The position numbers and the translations under genes were made by a program. A DNA stretch of 50,453 bases from Hyphochytrium catenoides (lineage: Eukaryota; Protista; Hyphochytriomycota). Where the stretch lies: the NCBI GenBank assembly GCA_900088475.1, contig FLMG01000572.1, positions 1 to 50,453 of the forward strand, given 5' to 3'. Below the pieces are notes generated by a model that saw nothing but the letters and a program-made list of their open reading frames with translations, had not been told where the DNA came from and made no database searches. This document shows, piece after piece, positions 48,492 to 50,453 of this stretch; position 1 is the first letter of the stretch, and every line of letters starts with the position of its first letter.

Positions 48492-49485
48492 ATGTCGTCA
48501 GGTAAGACCGGTTGTAAAGCTTTCTTTGCCATAGTTGAGAGGTACTGGGCGGTGGGCTTAGACAGACATGATGGCTTTGAGTCGATACTGCCCTTGAGAG
48601 AAATGGACGAGGAAAAGCTATCTGGGAGAGGAGAATTTCGCTTCAGAGAAAGAGCGGCTGTGATGATGGACCTACGAGGCACTGAGCAGTGGCGTGGTCA
48701 AGGATCGACGAATGAGAGATTACGGCTCATCTGCAGTTATAGAGCAAGTAGTCTAATTGGCATTTATAGGGCGCGCTAGAGCTCACAGTATTGTTCTTGT
48801 TCCTCCTCCTACAGGTATTGCCGTAGGCCTTAACAAGGGCTACCCTGTAGAGAAGCTTCCCCAGAAGCCTCGCCCTTCCAACACCAAGGGGGTAAGTGCT
48901 ATTGCCGACCATCTTCGGCCTTGCTTCCAATTTGGACCCATTTTGCATCCGCTCAAGTCCACATATGCCATCAATTAGTGGGCCGTTCTAGCGCTAACTC
49001 CGTCGCCGTCTCTTCCTTCCTCTTAGAAACTGAACAAGCGCGTCAAGCTCGTTCGGGAAGTCATCCGGGAAGTAGGCGGCCTCATGCCTTATGAGAAGAG
49101 AATCCTGGATATGATCAAGTCCGGAGGATCTTCTGCTGAGAAGAGAATCTACAAGTTTGCCAAGAGAAGAGTAAGTACCATCGTCTGACCTGCATCCTGC
49201 AGCCCCTTCTGCTTCACTTTTCCTGGTCGCTGAAGCCCGCCAGTGTCGTATGTTCCCCGTCTATTGTCTAGTGCCTGCACCTTGCCACTCTGAGGCCAAA
49301 CCCTTACTCTTTTGCTTTCGTCCTAGAGGTCTTGCTTGTGACTATTCTGGTGATTGGGATTGTCAATCGTGGTCTCTGACTTCGTTCTGGTTTTTCAGCT
49401 CGGAACCCACCGCCGTGCTCTTGCAAAGCGTGAGGAGCTCAAGAGAGTGTACGGAGAGATGCGCGCTCGCCAGGCACACCACTAA
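48492..49485 (+). CDS. RPL36: 60S ribosomal protein L36 (eL36), 105 aa
   Basis: Exons 48492-48501, 48815-48891, 49027-49170, 49399-49485 (318 nt). [50 protein letters not shown] at 49551. Confidence 0.95.
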
Positions 49486-50084
49486 GAGAGTTTTCCCTTA
49501 CTATTATACCGTGAGCGACTGCGGGGAGAGAGTGTCTCTCTCCTATGACAAATAAAAAGCTGAGAGACTATGTGACGATGTTCTTTGCTATGTTGCTCTC
49601 ATCTCTCTTCCTATCTACCTAACATTCGCGTCCCGGGCCTCAAACAGAGGCAGGGAAGCAGCAAGTTTGCCAAAGAGGCAAGTCGGCCATCCCAAATGAT
49701 TCTCTACTCCCATCCTATGCCGTGCCATACAGTAGATTCAGCCTCCCCCCAACTTCTCGACTTCATGCCACCCTCACTCGTTATCTGTTGCTTACCCTTT
49801 GAGAGTGCAGCTCTATCTTTTGGCGGCACAGGCAGAAGCTTGTTATGGTGCTTCTGTGGTGCGAGGTGTTGCAGAATGTTGCTTGGTATAATGATGCAAC
49901 CACAACTTTATTGTTAGTTCGGCTCCTTCTGCTGAGATAGCGACTTTTTTCTAGTCTCTAAGTAGACTCGTACCCTTCTTGTGGCCAACCCTGTGCAATA
50001 CTCTTGGCTCTCTTTCGTCTGACCTCGTCAGCCCTGGTACAGTAGCCTCTACAGGAAGCTCTGAACCTTTGATTGCCCTTTCCT

Positions 50085-50453
50085 TCACACGGCGAGGGCA
50101 GCATTGTGGACTCTCGCAAGGGAGAGCAGACGTAAGCCAGGAGAGAGATGGTCCATAGATAGCTTGATGTTTGCTCTTCGCGCCTCTTCATACAGCTTCT
50201 CTCACGCCAAAAAATGAAGGTTGGGAAGGCAGGGAAAGGATTGTGAGGGAGAGTAAGGAGCATATGTGATCCTTATATCCAGTTACTCAACTCTTCCATG
50301 TGAGCCTGAGATGGAAAAAGTACCATCTGTTCGGATCTCTCTAGGTGTTGGTTGTTGTCTCAAACCTTCCTTCTGCCCTGGTATAAGTTGCCGTTCTTAT
50401 GCCCGTCTTACCTTGAAAAGCATCAGTCTCATTGGGCCTAGGGGATAGCCGTG
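50085..50453 (-). CDS. Possible 3' end of an unidentified gene entering from beyond the window
   Basis: Minus-strand donor AAG|GTAAGA near 50412 and a natural-looking terminal frame [36 protein letters not shown]. The acceptor is weak and no family was recognised. Confidence 0.3.

Noticed and set aside
48660-48685. GTGATGA...CTGA in RPL36 intron 1, box C/D snoRNA-like
   Set aside because: The boxes are only 15 nt apart, with no terminal D box or stem and no recognisable rRNA guide. A snoscan or Infernal run would settle it.

Overview
Intron-rich eukaryotic genomic DNA, most likely from a flagellated stramenopile (inferred from the RPL36 '[14 protein letters not shown]' segment, oomycete-style PAN/Apple repeats and BBS9). 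Exon boundaries below were spliced by eye and checked for frame continuity. The left 15 kb holds a tandem array of four secreted paralogs. Three are trypsin-(Pro/Thr linker)-3xPAN/Apple modular proteases with identical intron positions. The fourth is an intronless, protease-less 3xPAN derivative. Then come ICMT (minus), PP1 inhibitor-2 (plus), BBS9/PTHB1 (plus), a PPEF/rdgC-type EF-hand phosphatase (minus), a poorly explained 33-43 kb interval, DDX19/Dbp5 (minus) and RPL36 (plus). Best discoveries: (1) a full-consensus minor-spliceosome (U12-type) AT-AC intron in ICMT; (2) the protease/lectin-module array with a protease-deleted partner; (3) a perfect 23-bp hairpin at 40.5 kb with a third copy allowing alternative pairing; (4) a PPEF with no visible N-terminal IQ motif but a C-terminal calmodulin-binding-like helix. 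No tRNA, rRNA or CRISPR array was recognised.
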